Program-made: the position numbers and the translations under genes
Source of the DNA: Candidatus Aenigmatarchaeota archaeon
GTDB taxonomy: Archaea > Aenigmatarchaeota > Aenigmatarchaeia > GW2011-AR5
Direction of reading: 5' to 3'
NCBI GenBank assembly: GCA_016184005.1
Contig: JACPDL010000003.1
Coordinates: forward strand, 171,632 to 235,631
DNA length: 64,000 nt
Part shown: positions 9,606 to 17,750 of the stretch, piece by piece
Position numbering within the stretch: position 1 is the first letter of the stretch
Layout of the letters: each line of letters starts with the position of its first letter
Notes under the pieces: generated by a model
Told to the model about the DNA's origin: nothing
What the model saw: the letters and a program-made list of their open reading frames with translations, nothing else
Databases searched by the model: none

Positions 9606-10281
9606 TTATCACGGGTTTTTCTTTGCCTACGACAAACACAAAATCCCTTGGGAGGCTGACGCTTCTGTTCCCAAGTGCCACGACTGCCTGATTGGGCTTG
9701 GCGCTTCTCGTGACTATTATTTCCTTGATTTTTCCGACGTCGCCGCTGTTGTTGCCGGCTGTTACAAGCACCACGGAATTCTTTTCGAGTTTCAGCACTT
9801 CCTTCACATTCATTTCGGGCAAGCCAATAACAAGAACGTCTCCTGTGGAGCACTTCACGCTTGAAATCATATTTGTCCCGTCGTGCAGGTTAAGCTGCAG
9901 CTTTCCGCCAATCCAGTGCTTGTCCTCCACCCTGCAAAGCCTCACGCCAGTTTCTTTTCCTTCGATCTTCTGCAGGTACAAGCCGTTCTTTGACACAAGC
10001 ATGCGGTATTCCTGGCCGCCGACAGACAGTATATCCATCAGGCCCACGGGGAAATTCTGTCTGGACCTCTTGACGCCGTTGACTTTCACGAATCCACTGA
10101 GCAATATCTCCCTTGCTTCTTTCATGTTATCTGCTACTTTCATGACGTCGCGCAGTATTACGCCCAGCGGCGTGCATTTCTCTTTCGAGTGCGGCCCAGG
10201 GCTTGGGCTTACGCTGTATTTCTTTGTTTTCCTTTCAATCGGCCAGAACTTTGGCGCTGCGTGTCTTTTCAATTTTGACAT
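9592..10281 (-). CDS. rps4e: 30S ribosomal protein S4e
   Basis: LKRHAAPKFWPI N-terminus, S4 and KOW domains; archaeal/eukaryal-specific protein. Confidence 0.9.
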   Translation of the reverse strand: MSKLKRHAAPKFWPIERKTKKYSVSPSPGPHSKEKCTPLGVILRDVMKVADNMKEAREILLSGFVKVNGVKRSRQNFPVGLMDILSVGGQEYRMLVSKNGLYLQKIEGKETGVRLCRVEDKHWIGGKLQLNLHDGTNMISSVKCSTGDVLVIGLPEMNVKEVLKLEKNSVVLVTAGNNSGDVGKIKEIIVTRSAKPNQAVVALGNRSVSLPRDFVFVVGKEKPVINVGV

Positions 10282-10287
10282 ATATCA

Positions 10288-10686
10288 TCACTGTTTGGTT
10301 TCAGGGGTTTTCCTTGAAATTATCTTTTTTCTTTTCTTGTCTTCCAGATTGACTTTGACTATGACGACATTGCTTGGATCTATCGGGACCTGGATGTCCT
10401 GCCCGGAGACCTTTTTCCTTTTGATGCCTTCTATGAGAATCTTCAGGCGCTTCATGTCGACCGCTGAAACTGCGCCGCGCCTTCCGCGGAATTCCCCGCG
10501 CCTGATTTCTACTTCATCGCCTTTTTTCAAGGCCATGGATCTCCTGCCCAGTTCTTTCCTCAAGCCTTTCTGAAGATGAGCGGACAGCATGGAGTGCCTG
10601 ATGTGTGATGGCGCATTATACCTGTATTTCCTCTGCTTTCTTGGCTGCTTGCTCGCCACCCAAAACTTTGAAAACGTTTTTCTCAT
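10288..10686 (-). CDS. rpl24: 50S ribosomal protein L24 (uL24)
   Basis: KOW motif KKGDEVEIRRGEFRGRRGAV. Confidence 0.85.
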   Translation of the reverse strand: MRKTFSKFWVASKQPRKQRKYRYNAPSHIRHSMLSAHLQKGLRKELGRRSMALKKGDEVEIRRGEFRGRRGAVSAVDMKRLKILIEGIKRKKVSGQDIQVPIDPSNVVIVKVNLEDKKRKKIISRKTPETKQ

Positions 10687-10776
10687 TTTTTCACCTGATA
10701 ACCCTTAATACATAACAGAAGCCATATCTTTCACACATATCACCGGCAGCTGCTGATTTGACGCCTGACATAAACA

Positions 10777-11178
10777 TCACAACACTATGCTTGCTATCTT
10801 CCCGATAGCTGAAAACCGTTCTATGACTTCTTTTGCTATCACAGTCCTGATTTCTGTTCCCAGAGGCTCAAATGTCTTTGGATTCACCAGGACACCCGCG
10901 TTGTCAGAGAACTTGACGCGAGTACCGTCGGTGCGCATGTACTCCTTTGCCTGCCTGACAACGACAGCGTGAACAACAGTGCCGCGCACCTTTTCTTTTC
11001 CCTTTTTCACGGAACAAATGACAACATCGCCTATGCCGGCCTTCGGCAATCTCCTCAGCCTTCCCTTGTACGTCTTTACAGATATCACTTCCAGCTCTTT
11101 GGCGCCTGAATTGTCTACACAAACGAGCCGGGTTTTCAGCTGTATGGACTTTGTTATGTTTGCAGACAAGCCTTTCAT
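10777..11178 (-). CDS. rpl14: 50S ribosomal protein L14 (uL14)
   Basis: LVCVDNSGAKELEVISV uL14 signature. Confidence 0.9.
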   Translation of the reverse strand: MKGLSANITKSIQLKTRLVCVDNSGAKELEVISVKTYKGRLRRLPKAGIGDVVICSVKKGKEKVRGTVVHAVVVRQAKEYMRTDGTRVKFSDNAGVLVNPKTFEPLGTEIRTVIAKEVIERFSAIGKIASIVL

Positions 11179-11534
11179 TTTAACGCCTCGGTTATTTTCT
11201 CAATCACGACAAAACGCTTTGATTTTGACAGCGGCCTGCATTCTGCTATCACTACGGTCTCGCCTTCCGCAGCAGCTATGCATGCCGGGTTGAAAGCCGC
11301 AACCCTTGAATGCCTTCTTTCGTATCTTTCGTATTTGGGCGAAAAATGATAATAGTCCCACTCAACGATTGCAGTGTTCAGGGCTTTTGCCGTTGCAACC
11401 CTTCCCCTGAAGAGCCTGCCGCGTATTCCAAGCTTTCCATGCCAGGGGCATTTGCCGTTATCGCATGTTTTTCCCGGAGGCTTTGCTTCAACGCCTATAT
11501 CCCTGTGTTTTACCTGTGTCTTCGTTTTCGCCAC
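11175..11534 (-). CDS. rps17: 30S ribosomal protein S17 (uS17)
   Basis: OB-fold uS17 motifs, 4-bp overlap with L14. Confidence 0.85.
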   Translation of the reverse strand: MAKTKTQVKHRDIGVEAKPPGKTCDNGKCPWHGKLGIRGRLFRGRVATAKALNTAIVEWDYYHFSPKYERYERRHSRVAAFNPACIAAAEGETVVIAECRPLSKSKRFVVIEKITEALK

Positions 11535-11544
11535 ACTATCACCA

Positions 11545-11820
11545 TTACCATTTGCTGAATTTCTTTTTGATGCGGTCTTCAGGCCTCGAGACGATATATT
11601 TTCCTTCTATGTCAACCATGTGCGAATCGAGTTTCAGCCTGAACACGCAACCATCCTTCTGGATGCGTTTTTCTTTTTTGCCTGATTCTATTATCAAAGT
11701 CTTCATCGTTTCGTCAACAATCTTTCCTTTTGTCCCTATCTGGCTTTTGTTTTTTGACGCGACAACTTCGCATTCCATGCCTATGAGTTCATGCCTGAGT
11801 ATATTGTTGGGAATCCTCAT
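11545..11820 (-). CDS. RNase P protein component 1 (Rpp29/Pop4)
   Basis: ELIGMECEVVASKNKSQIGTKGKIVDET pattern and canonical archaeal position between SUI1 and S17. Confidence 0.7.
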   Translation of the reverse strand: MRIPNNILRHELIGMECEVVASKNKSQIGTKGKIVDETMKTLIIESGKKEKRIQKDGCVFRLKLDSHMVDIEGKYIVSRPEDRIKKKFSKW

Positions 11821-11831
11821 ACTTCAGGCAC

Positions 11832-12134
11832 CTAGCTGATCTCAATTATATCTGCCGGGAATCCTTCCTTCACGAGTATCGCCTTTGCTCTTTGCCTGTG
11901 GTCTCCCTGTATCTCGAGCTCGCCGTTTTTATACGTGCCGCCACACGCAAGCCTGGACTTCAAGGTTTTCAAAAGATCCCTGATGTTGATCTTTGACGAA
12001 TCTATTCCGCGTATGACAGTTGTATGCTTGCCGTACCGCTTCTGGACTAGCCTGATTGTTATTCTTTGCGCTTCCTTTGCTATAGTCTCGCATATGCACA
12101 ATTCCTTTGGAAGACCACACTTCTGGCAATTCAC
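11832..12134 (-). CDS. Translation initiation factor SUI1 (aSUI1/eIF1 homolog)
   Basis: Cys-rich N-terminus plus RITIRLVQKRYGKHTTVIRGI...ACGGT SUI1 fold motifs. Confidence 0.8.
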   Translation of the reverse strand: MNCQKCGLPKELCICETIAKEAQRITIRLVQKRYGKHTTVIRGIDSSKINIRDLLKTLKSRLACGGTYKNGELEIQGDHRQRAKAILVKEGFPADIIEIS

Positions 12135-12340
12135 TTCTTCAACACCCCTCCTATTTCAGCCTTTACAGTCAGTATCCTTGCTATTGTTTTTTTTATGTGC
12201 CCGATTCTGCCAGGATTCTTTACAGTCCCTATCTCGCTTGCGGCCAGTTCTTTAGCAAGTTCCAGCCGTAACTCCTGCAGTTTCGTTTCAATATCCTTCT
12301 CGCTCATCTGGCGAATCTTTTTTGTCTTTAGTTCGGCCAT
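12131..12340 (-). CDS. rpl29: 50S ribosomal protein L29 (uL29)
   Basis: ELRQMSEKDIETKLQELRLEL coiled-coil uL29 motif. Confidence 0.8.
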   Translation of the reverse strand: MAELKTKKIRQMSEKDIETKLQELRLELAKELAASEIGTVKNPGRIGHIKKTIARILTVKAEIGGVLKK

Positions 12341-12342
12341 TC

Positions 12343-12975
12343 TTACTCGCCTGCCTTTGCGGCTTCTGGAGCAGCGTCAATGTTCTTTTCTTCAATCTTC
12401 CTCATCGTGATGAGCTCGGGCTGATTTATCATTATTTTCACCGTTATGCCGATGCTTCCGAGCTTGGGCGATGCCACAGCAAAGCCGGTCATAACATCTT
12501 TCAGTGCCGGGTCTCCGGCTTTCTTCAAGTAACCGGCACTGAATCTCTGCGTCCTGCTTCTCTGTCCGGAAACCTTGCCTGAAAATACTATCTCGCAACC
12601 TATGGCACCCGATTCCATTATTCTCTGCAGATACTGGTTTCCCAGCCGCTTGTAGTTCACTCCCGATTCTATTGCGGCTGTAATTGCCTGCGCGACAACT
12701 GCCGGATTCATGTCCGGATCCATTATTTTCTGGACATCTATTTGCGGGTTTTCTATCTTGAACTTCTGTTTGAGCAATTCTGCGGTTTCCCTTATCTTTT
12801 CCCCGCCCGTGCCGATAACCAGTCCCGGCGTTGTCGTATGAATAACAATACGCGTTACTATCGGAGTGTGCTGTATTTCTATCTCGCCGCACTTTGCCTG
12901 AGTAAACTGACTCCTGATAAACTCCTGCAGATTGACCAGCTCCTTCGCTTTCTGTATGAAAATTCTTTCCTTCAT
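12343..12975 (-). CDS. rps3: 30S ribosomal protein S3 (uS3)
   Basis: KH domain plus uS3 C-terminal domain. Confidence 0.9.
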   Translation of the reverse strand: MKERIFIQKAKELVNLQEFIRSQFTQAKCGEIEIQHTPIVTRIVIHTTTPGLVIGTGGEKIRETAELLKQKFKIENPQIDVQKIMDPDMNPAVVAQAITAAIESGVNYKRLGNQYLQRIMESGAIGCEIVFSGKVSGQRSRTQRFSAGYLKKAGDPALKDVMTGFAVASPKLGSIGITVKIMINQPELITMRKIEEKNIDAAPEAAKAGE

Positions 12976-13034
12976 AACAAATCCCTTTTCTTGAAAGAAA
13001 AGGTCTTTGTAAACCCCAAAAGAACTTACAAAAC
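12976..13034. repeat. Family-A start-codon-abutting palindromic element, copy in the L22-S3 intergenic region
   Basis: Reverse complement ...ttttgtaagttcttttggggtttacaaagaccttttctttcaagaaaagggatttgtt-ATG(S3). Confidence 0.7.
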
Positions 13035-13052
13035 CTTTTCTTTAGTTAATTA

Positions 13053-13673
13053 TTATTGATCCTCCTTGGCTTCTTCCTTAGCTGGTTGTTTCTTTGCCGC
13101 AGCCTTTCTTTTGTCGGCGCTTGTCGGGATGTCTTTGCCGACTATCTCCTCGACCTGCTTCTCTAATATCTCTGCCTGGTCCCTGATTCTTTCCGTTTGT
13201 TCCTGCATCTCCCGGATTTCCTTCGGCTTTTCTGTTGTTTCTTCCTTTTTCTCCATCTGCTTCTTTATGGCTTCTTTCTTTACTACGTCGTGCCGCACCT
13301 TTTCCAGCAGCATTATCTCTACGTTCGCTGACTTCATTCTGTATCCGAAGTTCTGCTTCCTTCTCCTTCTTCTCAGGTTTGTTCCCTTGTGGGCCGATGC
13401 ATGGACCATCAGGTGGCCTGCGTCAAGCCCAAGCGCGTCTGCGTTTTTTTCACAGGAGTTAAGCAGCATGAGCATTTCCTTTGCAGTCTTTGTATAGTAT
13501 TTCCCGTCAAGATTCCTGCGCTCTTCTGCAAGATCCTCGAGCAGCCTCTTTGCTCTTGTGAGCGGCTTTTTCTTTATCACCCTGCACAAGAATGCAGCGT
13601 GCTTTGCAGATATCCTGAGGTTTCTGCCGTAAGCCTTCGCGTGTTTCTCTTTTGGAACAAACGTATAATGCAT
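13053..13673 (-). CDS. rpl22: 50S ribosomal protein L22 (uL22) with K/E-rich C-terminal extension
   Basis: HAKAYGRNLRISAKHAAFLCRVIKKK uL22 N-terminus. Confidence 0.8.
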   Translation of the reverse strand: MHYTFVPKEKHAKAYGRNLRISAKHAAFLCRVIKKKPLTRAKRLLEDLAEERRNLDGKYYTKTAKEMLMLLNSCEKNADALGLDAGHLMVHASAHKGTNLRRRRRKQNFGYRMKSANVEIMLLEKVRHDVVKKEAIKKQMEKKEETTEKPKEIREMQEQTERIRDQAEILEKQVEEIVGKDIPTSADKRKAAAKKQPAKEEAKEDQ

Positions 13674-13682
13674 ATGAACACC

Positions 13683-14072
13683 TTATTTCAGCGGAACGAA
13701 CTTGGATGAGCGTGTTGCCCCCAGCCCGGGCGCCGAGTGTTTTACCCTTTTTCTGGTGAGCGCAAATTCACCCGTATAATGGCCGACCATGCTTTCTTCT
13801 ATGATTATCGGTATGAACTCCTTGCCGTTGTAGATGCCGACCTTGGATCCGATCATCTCAGGCAGTATTACCATGTCCCTGACATGCGTGCGGACAAGCT
13901 TGTCTTTCCCTTTTGAGCGCCTTATGTCCTCAAGCAGCTCCTTTTGCTGCTTATTGAGGCCTTTCTTCAGCGAGCGCCTTTGCCTTGAAGGAAGAAGCAT
14001 CGAAAAGTCTTCGAGCGTCATTGCCTGAAGCTCTTCAGCCGCTTTTCCCCTGTATGAAAATTTCTTGGCCAT
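13683..14072 (-). CDS. rps19: 30S ribosomal protein S19 (uS19)
   Basis: VGIYNGKEFIPIIIEESMVGHYTGEFALTRK uS19 signature. Confidence 0.9.
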   Translation of the reverse strand: MAKKFSYRGKAAEELQAMTLEDFSMLLPSRQRRSLKKGLNKQQKELLEDIRRSKGKDKLVRTHVRDMVILPEMIGSKVGIYNGKEFIPIIIEESMVGHYTGEFALTRKRVKHSAPGLGATRSSKFVPLK

Positions 14073-14074
14073 GA

Positions 14075-14638
14075 TTAACTCCTCTGGAAGACTAATACAA
14101 ACTTCATTGCTTCAGGGTGATAGTAAGTTTTTAGTTCTGATGGAATATCCATATGAAATTCTTCTTTAAAATTTAAACCACAATTTCCTGCAAGCTCAAC
14201 AAATGTTTCTGTATCTTCTGGCAGAGAAGCCCAAGAAAATACATAGATGCCACTTGAATTCAGCATATGGGAAAAGCGTGAAAGTCTTCGTCTTACAATG
14301 TCTTTAGCAGGACCTAGCTGATCATGTGCTTCATAATATGGAATTTCACTTTCATCTACAAGGCTTCCAATAGTACAAACCATGTCCATCGCATATGGCG
14401 GCTGGAAATCATCATGTCCTGAAACTGAAAAACTTGCATTTCCAATTCCGTGCCCTTTCTTGTAGCCTTCTGCTTTCGCTATTTGATCTGGAGATATATC
14501 ATAACCATGCACTGTTGAATACGGATTTTGTTTTGCTAGATGTAAAGCTAAAACACCAGAACCGCATCCAGCATCGAGTATTAAATTTCTATTTTTTGCT
14601 AGGTCTCTTACCACTCTTGCTGATGATATTGTTGTCAT
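14075..14638 (-). CDS. Class I SAM-dependent methyltransferase (~188 aa), inserted between L2 and S19
   Basis: ILDAGCGSGVLALHLA glycine-rich motif I. The track ORF extends to 15007 in another frame over L2, so it was trimmed to Met MTTISSARV. Confidence 0.6.
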   Translation of the reverse strand: MTTISSARVVRDLAKNRNLILDAGCGSGVLALHLAKQNPYSTVHGYDISPDQIAKAEGYKKGHGIGNASFSVSGHDDFQPPYAMDMVCTIGSLVDESEIPYYEAHDQLGPAKDIVRRRLSRFSHMLNSSGIYVFSWASLPEDTETFVELAGNCGLNFKEEFHMDIPSELKTYYHPEAMKFVLVFQRS

Positions 14639-14643
14639 AACTA

Positions 14644-15357
14644 TCACTTCTTCCTCCTTCTCTTGCCGACGCGCTTGGGCGAGACAGATCCTACTTTCTT
14701 TCCCGGCGGCATGTCGCGCGAAACGGTCTTGTGCTTCCCCGGTTTTGTCTGGCCGCCGAACGGATGATCGACTGCGTTCTTTGCCACGCCTCTTGTCTTC
14801 GGCCAATACCTGTTGGACGCAGTCATTGCGTAGAACTTGGTTCCGGCTTTCATGAAAGGCTTCTCGATGCGCCCTGATGCCGCAACACTGCCCAAAGCCG
14901 CCTTGCAGCGCGATGAAAGCGTTTTCTTCTCGTTCGACGGTAAAAGCACGACACATCTCCCTGAGTCCTTCGAAAGCACCGTTCCAAACGTCCCGGAAGT
15001 CCTGCATAATTTCCCGCCGTCCCCCGGGTGGAGCTCAATATCATAGACCCTGCTTCCTTCCGGTATCCTGCCCAGTTCAACAATGCTTCCTTCTGTCGGT
15101 TCTTCCAGGCTGATCCGCTGGCCGACAAACATGCCGTCGCATGCCAAATGAAGGAACCTGCTGCCTGAAAATCCAACAACAGCAACGGGAGAAAATCTCC
15201 CCGGCGCATCGACTATGTCCACTACGGTTCCGGATTTTTCGCCGGCGGGAAGATAAGTATAACTAACCTTTCCAAGATACCTGTGGCCAGGTGCACGATA
15301 CCTCGGACTTCCTCTTCCTCTTCTCTGCTGCCTGAGATTTTTACCCATGATTATCAC
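14644..15357 (-). CDS. rpl2: 50S ribosomal protein L2 (uL2)
   Basis: uL2 motifs (GRNxxGRITxRHRGGGHK-like, GxxxAxxxxG) and expected position. Confidence 0.9.
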   Translation of the reverse strand: MIIMGKNLRQQRRGRGSPRYRAPGHRYLGKVSYTYLPAGEKSGTVVDIVDAPGRFSPVAVVGFSGSRFLHLACDGMFVGQRISLEEPTEGSIVELGRIPEGSRVYDIELHPGDGGKLCRTSGTFGTVLSKDSGRCVVLLPSNEKKTLSSRCKAALGSVAASGRIEKPFMKAGTKFYAMTASNRYWPKTRGVAKNAVDHPFGGQTKPGKHKTVSRDMPPGKKVGSVSPKRVGKRRRKK

Positions 15358-15638
15358 CGAACCGACAGTCTTGATTGCCAGTTTAATTCTTTTTCGTATT
15401 TCTCTAGCTGTCCTGCTTTTTTTTCATCCCCATCGAAACTAACCTTCAGTCTCCCTCCAGTTTTAGTGATTGCAGTGGCACCATCGTAGAATGAAGCTCT
15501 ATAGCTTCTGCCACAAAAATCATCCCTAACGTCTGCCGGTATATCTGTGTGTTTCTCGCCATAAATGATTCTCAATACCCTGAGAAAAGCCAAACCAGTA
15601 TGTGGAACATCTATCTCTGTGTGCGTCATGTCAACCAA
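15354..15638 (-). CDS. Hypothetical 94-aa protein (insertion between L23 and L2)
   Basis: Intact ORF in operon orientation, 4-bp overlap with L2 start; no family. Confidence 0.3.
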   Translation of the reverse strand: MVDMTHTEIDVPHTGLAFLRVLRIIYGEKHTDIPADVRDDFCGRSYRASFYDGATAITKTGGRLKVSFDGDEKKAGQLEKYEKELNWQSRLSVR

Positions 15639-15891
15639 CCAATATTTTCCTTAAAGCCTGATACCTCGCTTCTGCCGTCAATCCGTCGTCTATCATGGCT
15701 CCTTGTGCAAGTTCTACATCAACAGGAACACCGAATTCATCAACCAGCATATTTGCCACTGATGGAATCTGTCTTTGCAGCACTTCATCTTTCGGCCTCT
15801 CGTATACAGTTATATGTGGTCTGCCGTCTTCATCCCTTGCAATTCTTACCCTGTCAAGATCCTCTTCAGTGAGATAGTTTGTCTGAATCAT
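15631..15891 (-). CDS. Hypothetical 86-aa protein (insertion between L23 and L2)
   Basis: Intact ORF, 8-bp overlap with downstream ORF; acidic; no family. Confidence 0.3.
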   Translation of the reverse strand: MIQTNYLTEEDLDRVRIARDEDGRPHITVYERPKDEVLQRQIPSVANMLVDEFGVPVDVELAQGAMIDDGLTAEARYQALRKILVG

Positions 15892-15895
15892 TTCA

Positions 15896-16120
15896 TCACT
15901 TTGCCAAGTATTTTTTTAGCAGATCTGCTACCCTATCACTGAAAGCTTCTATTCTGACCTTGTCCCCGTCTTTTTTGGCTGTTGCGCCCGGTATTGCAAC
16001 TGGTTGGCCGCCATCCAGCTGCATCCTGTACCAAGCCCTATCACTATCAAACTCAGAATAGGTAAGACTGAGCAGCCTGTCAACTGTTCTTCTTTCATAC
16101 GGAAGTTCTATTGTTGGCAT
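15896..16120 (-). CDS. Hypothetical 74-aa protein (insertion between L23 and L2)
   Basis: Intact ORF, tight spacing; no family. Confidence 0.3.
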   Translation of the reverse strand: MPTIELPYERRTVDRLLSLTYSEFDSDRAWYRMQLDGGQPVAIPGATAKKDGDKVRIEAFSDRVADLLKKYLAK

Positions 16121-16130
16121 TTCATCACCG

Positions 16131-16574
16131 TCAGATTATTCCCAGCCGGATTGCGATTTCTCCGGCCTGTCCGGGCTCCCTGAATTTCACGAAGGCCTTT
16201 TTCCTGCCAGACTCATCAATCATTGTATTCACGTGCTTCACGCTGCTCTGGAAGGCCTGCTCTATTGCACGTTTGATTTCTTCCTTGTCGCTGCGCCTGT
16301 TAACAATAAACACAAGCTTGTTCTGCGCCTCAATCATCTGCACTGCTTTTTCCGTCATAAGCACAAAACGAAGGGTTCCAAAGGGATCCATCGCACTCTT
16401 TTCTTTCGCGGCCGGCGCGGCGGCGATTTGTTTCTCTTTCTTCGAAGGCTTTGGCTCTGCCTTCTGCTGCTTGGCCGGGGCCTTTGGCTCTTTTCTTTTT
16501 TCTATCTTCTTGAGTATTTCTTCTGCCTCTTTTTTCACGTCTTTTTTTTCAGGCTTCTCTGCTGCAGGCGTCAT
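16131..16574 (-). CDS. rpl23: 50S ribosomal protein L23 (uL23) with Lys/Ala/Pro-rich N-terminal extension
   Basis: C-terminal uL23 core (LRFVLMTEKA...); low-complexity KEPKAPAKQ N-terminus. Confidence 0.8.
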   Translation of the reverse strand: MTPAAEKPEKKDVKKEAEEILKKIEKRKEPKAPAKQQKAEPKPSKKEKQIAAAPAAKEKSAMDPFGTLRFVLMTEKAVQMIEAQNKLVFIVNRRSDKEEIKRAIEQAFQSSVKHVNTMIDESGRKKAFVKFREPGQAGEIAIRLGII

Positions 16575-17365
16575 GCTGTTTCACCATATATCTCGTCAAT
16601 CTTCTGGATAGCGGGCTTTGTTATGATCATCAGGCGGCCTGCATGGGTTCCGGGAGCCAGCGCTTCTACCGTCATGGAGCCTGCAGTTGAAACGTCCACG
16701 CCTGTTATGTTTCTCGCAGCCCTGGAAAGGCTGCATTCCTTGGAAACGATTACCAGGGGCCCTTTCTTCTTCCTGTACTGCCTGCCGCGCATTTTGCCTT
16801 TGCCTGCACGGACTTTTTTCACTGCGCACCTTTCGAGTTCGTTCGGTATGAGCTTTGCAAGTATTTTCAGCACGTCTTTTGTCTTCCCTATGTCTTCCAT
16901 GCCGCCGGTAAAAATTATCGGCGATATCTGCGTTTTGTGTCCCCTTCCCGTCACAATATCAAGGCTTGCAGCAGCCGCCAGCGCTGACCTGATAGCAAGC
17001 GACCTTTCCTTGTTGTTGACCTTCTCAAGCCATATCTTTTCAGCCTTCGGCGGGTGCGCCTGCCTGCCTTTGACCGCTTGCGGCGCAAAGCGCGCAGTAA
17101 AATGAAGGCTGCCCACTTTGCCGTGTATGCGGGGCATTCTGGACATCTCCTTGTTCATCATGGCCCATCTGTACTTTCTTTTTCCGTGATAATGGGCGCT
17201 GGTACGCTTTCCAGAAAGCGGATCCGCGCCATAAGGCTGCCTTTTTGCGCTGCGTTCAGATAATACTGCACGTTTAATCACGTCAGGCCTGTACGGGGTG
17301 CTGAATAAAGGCGGCAGCTGTATATCCTCAACTTCATTGCACTCGGAATCATAAACTTTTGTCAT
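16571..17365 (-). CDS. rpl4: 50S ribosomal protein L4 (uL4)
   Basis: uL4 fold motifs; 4-bp overlap with L23. Confidence 0.9.
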   Translation of the reverse strand: MTKVYDSECNEVEDIQLPPLFSTPYRPDVIKRAVLSERSAKRQPYGADPLSGKRTSAHYHGKRKYRWAMMNKEMSRMPRIHGKVGSLHFTARFAPQAVKGRQAHPPKAEKIWLEKVNNKERSLAIRSALAAAASLDIVTGRGHKTQISPIIFTGGMEDIGKTKDVLKILAKLIPNELERCAVKKVRAGKGKMRGRQYRKKKGPLVIVSKECSLSRAARNITGVDVSTAGSMTVEALAPGTHAGRLMIITKPAIQKIDEIYGETA

Positions 17366-17367
17366 AA

Positions 17368-17748
17368 CTATCTGACCGCTTTTCTGCTGCCTTTATTGCC
17401 CTTTCTTCTTGGTATCTTGGGAGAAGCTTCGCTTCTCCGAGATTCCAAAAAGCTGCGCTTTTTGAGAATGTTGAATTCTGTCATCATCATGCCTCTTATA
17501 AAATTTGGATCAAAAGAAATTATATCAGCAAACTTATCTGCTATTTTATCTGCACTCAAATTCATCAGCCAATACTGCGTTGCCAAATATTCTGGCAAAG
17601 ATTGTGCAAGCCCATCATCCCTGACTTGCATTTCTAATGCGGCATATGTGCCTATATATCTCGATCTCTTAATTCCAGGATCATCTAGCGTTCTTGTTCC
17701 AACTATTATTTCCTCGAAATCTATGGCGCCTGTTGTCTGGTATGTCAT
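17368..17748 (-). CDS. Hypothetical 126-aa protein between L3 and L4; its 3' end overlaps a MITE-like repeat
   Basis: Intact ORF in operon orientation; C-terminal codons run into repeat copy M3 (17416-17468). Confidence 0.35.
   Translation of the reverse strand: MTYQTTGAIDFEEIIVGTRTLDDPGIKRSRYIGTYAALEMQVRDDGLAQSLPEYLATQYWLMNLSADKIADKFADIISFDPNFIRGMMMTEFNILKKRSFLESRRSEASPKIPRRKGNKGSRKAVR
17416..17468. repeat. Family-M MITE-like element, truncated copy (hairpins 1 and 4 only)
   Basis: cttgggagaagcttcgcttctccgagat tccaaaaagctgcgctttttgagaa matches the ends of the copies at 36970-37076 and 20469-20575. Confidence 0.7.
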
Positions 17749-17750
17749 AA

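Noticed and set aside
9692-10573. 293-aa plus-strand ORF (and many similar 60-200 aa ORFs on the plus strand through 1.8-18.7 kb)
   Set aside because: Antisense to well-supported ribosomal protein genes (S4e/L24 here). Low-complexity, Ser/Leu/Phe-rich translations typical of antisense frames.
14075-15007. 310-aa minus-strand ORF as given in the track
   Set aside because: Its upstream 122 codons overlap the L2 gene in another frame. Only the C-terminal 188 aa (methyltransferase, Met at ~14638) is kept.
16233-17105. 290-aa plus-strand ORF
   Set aside because: Antisense to L23 and L4; Arg/Leu/Phe-rich junk composition.
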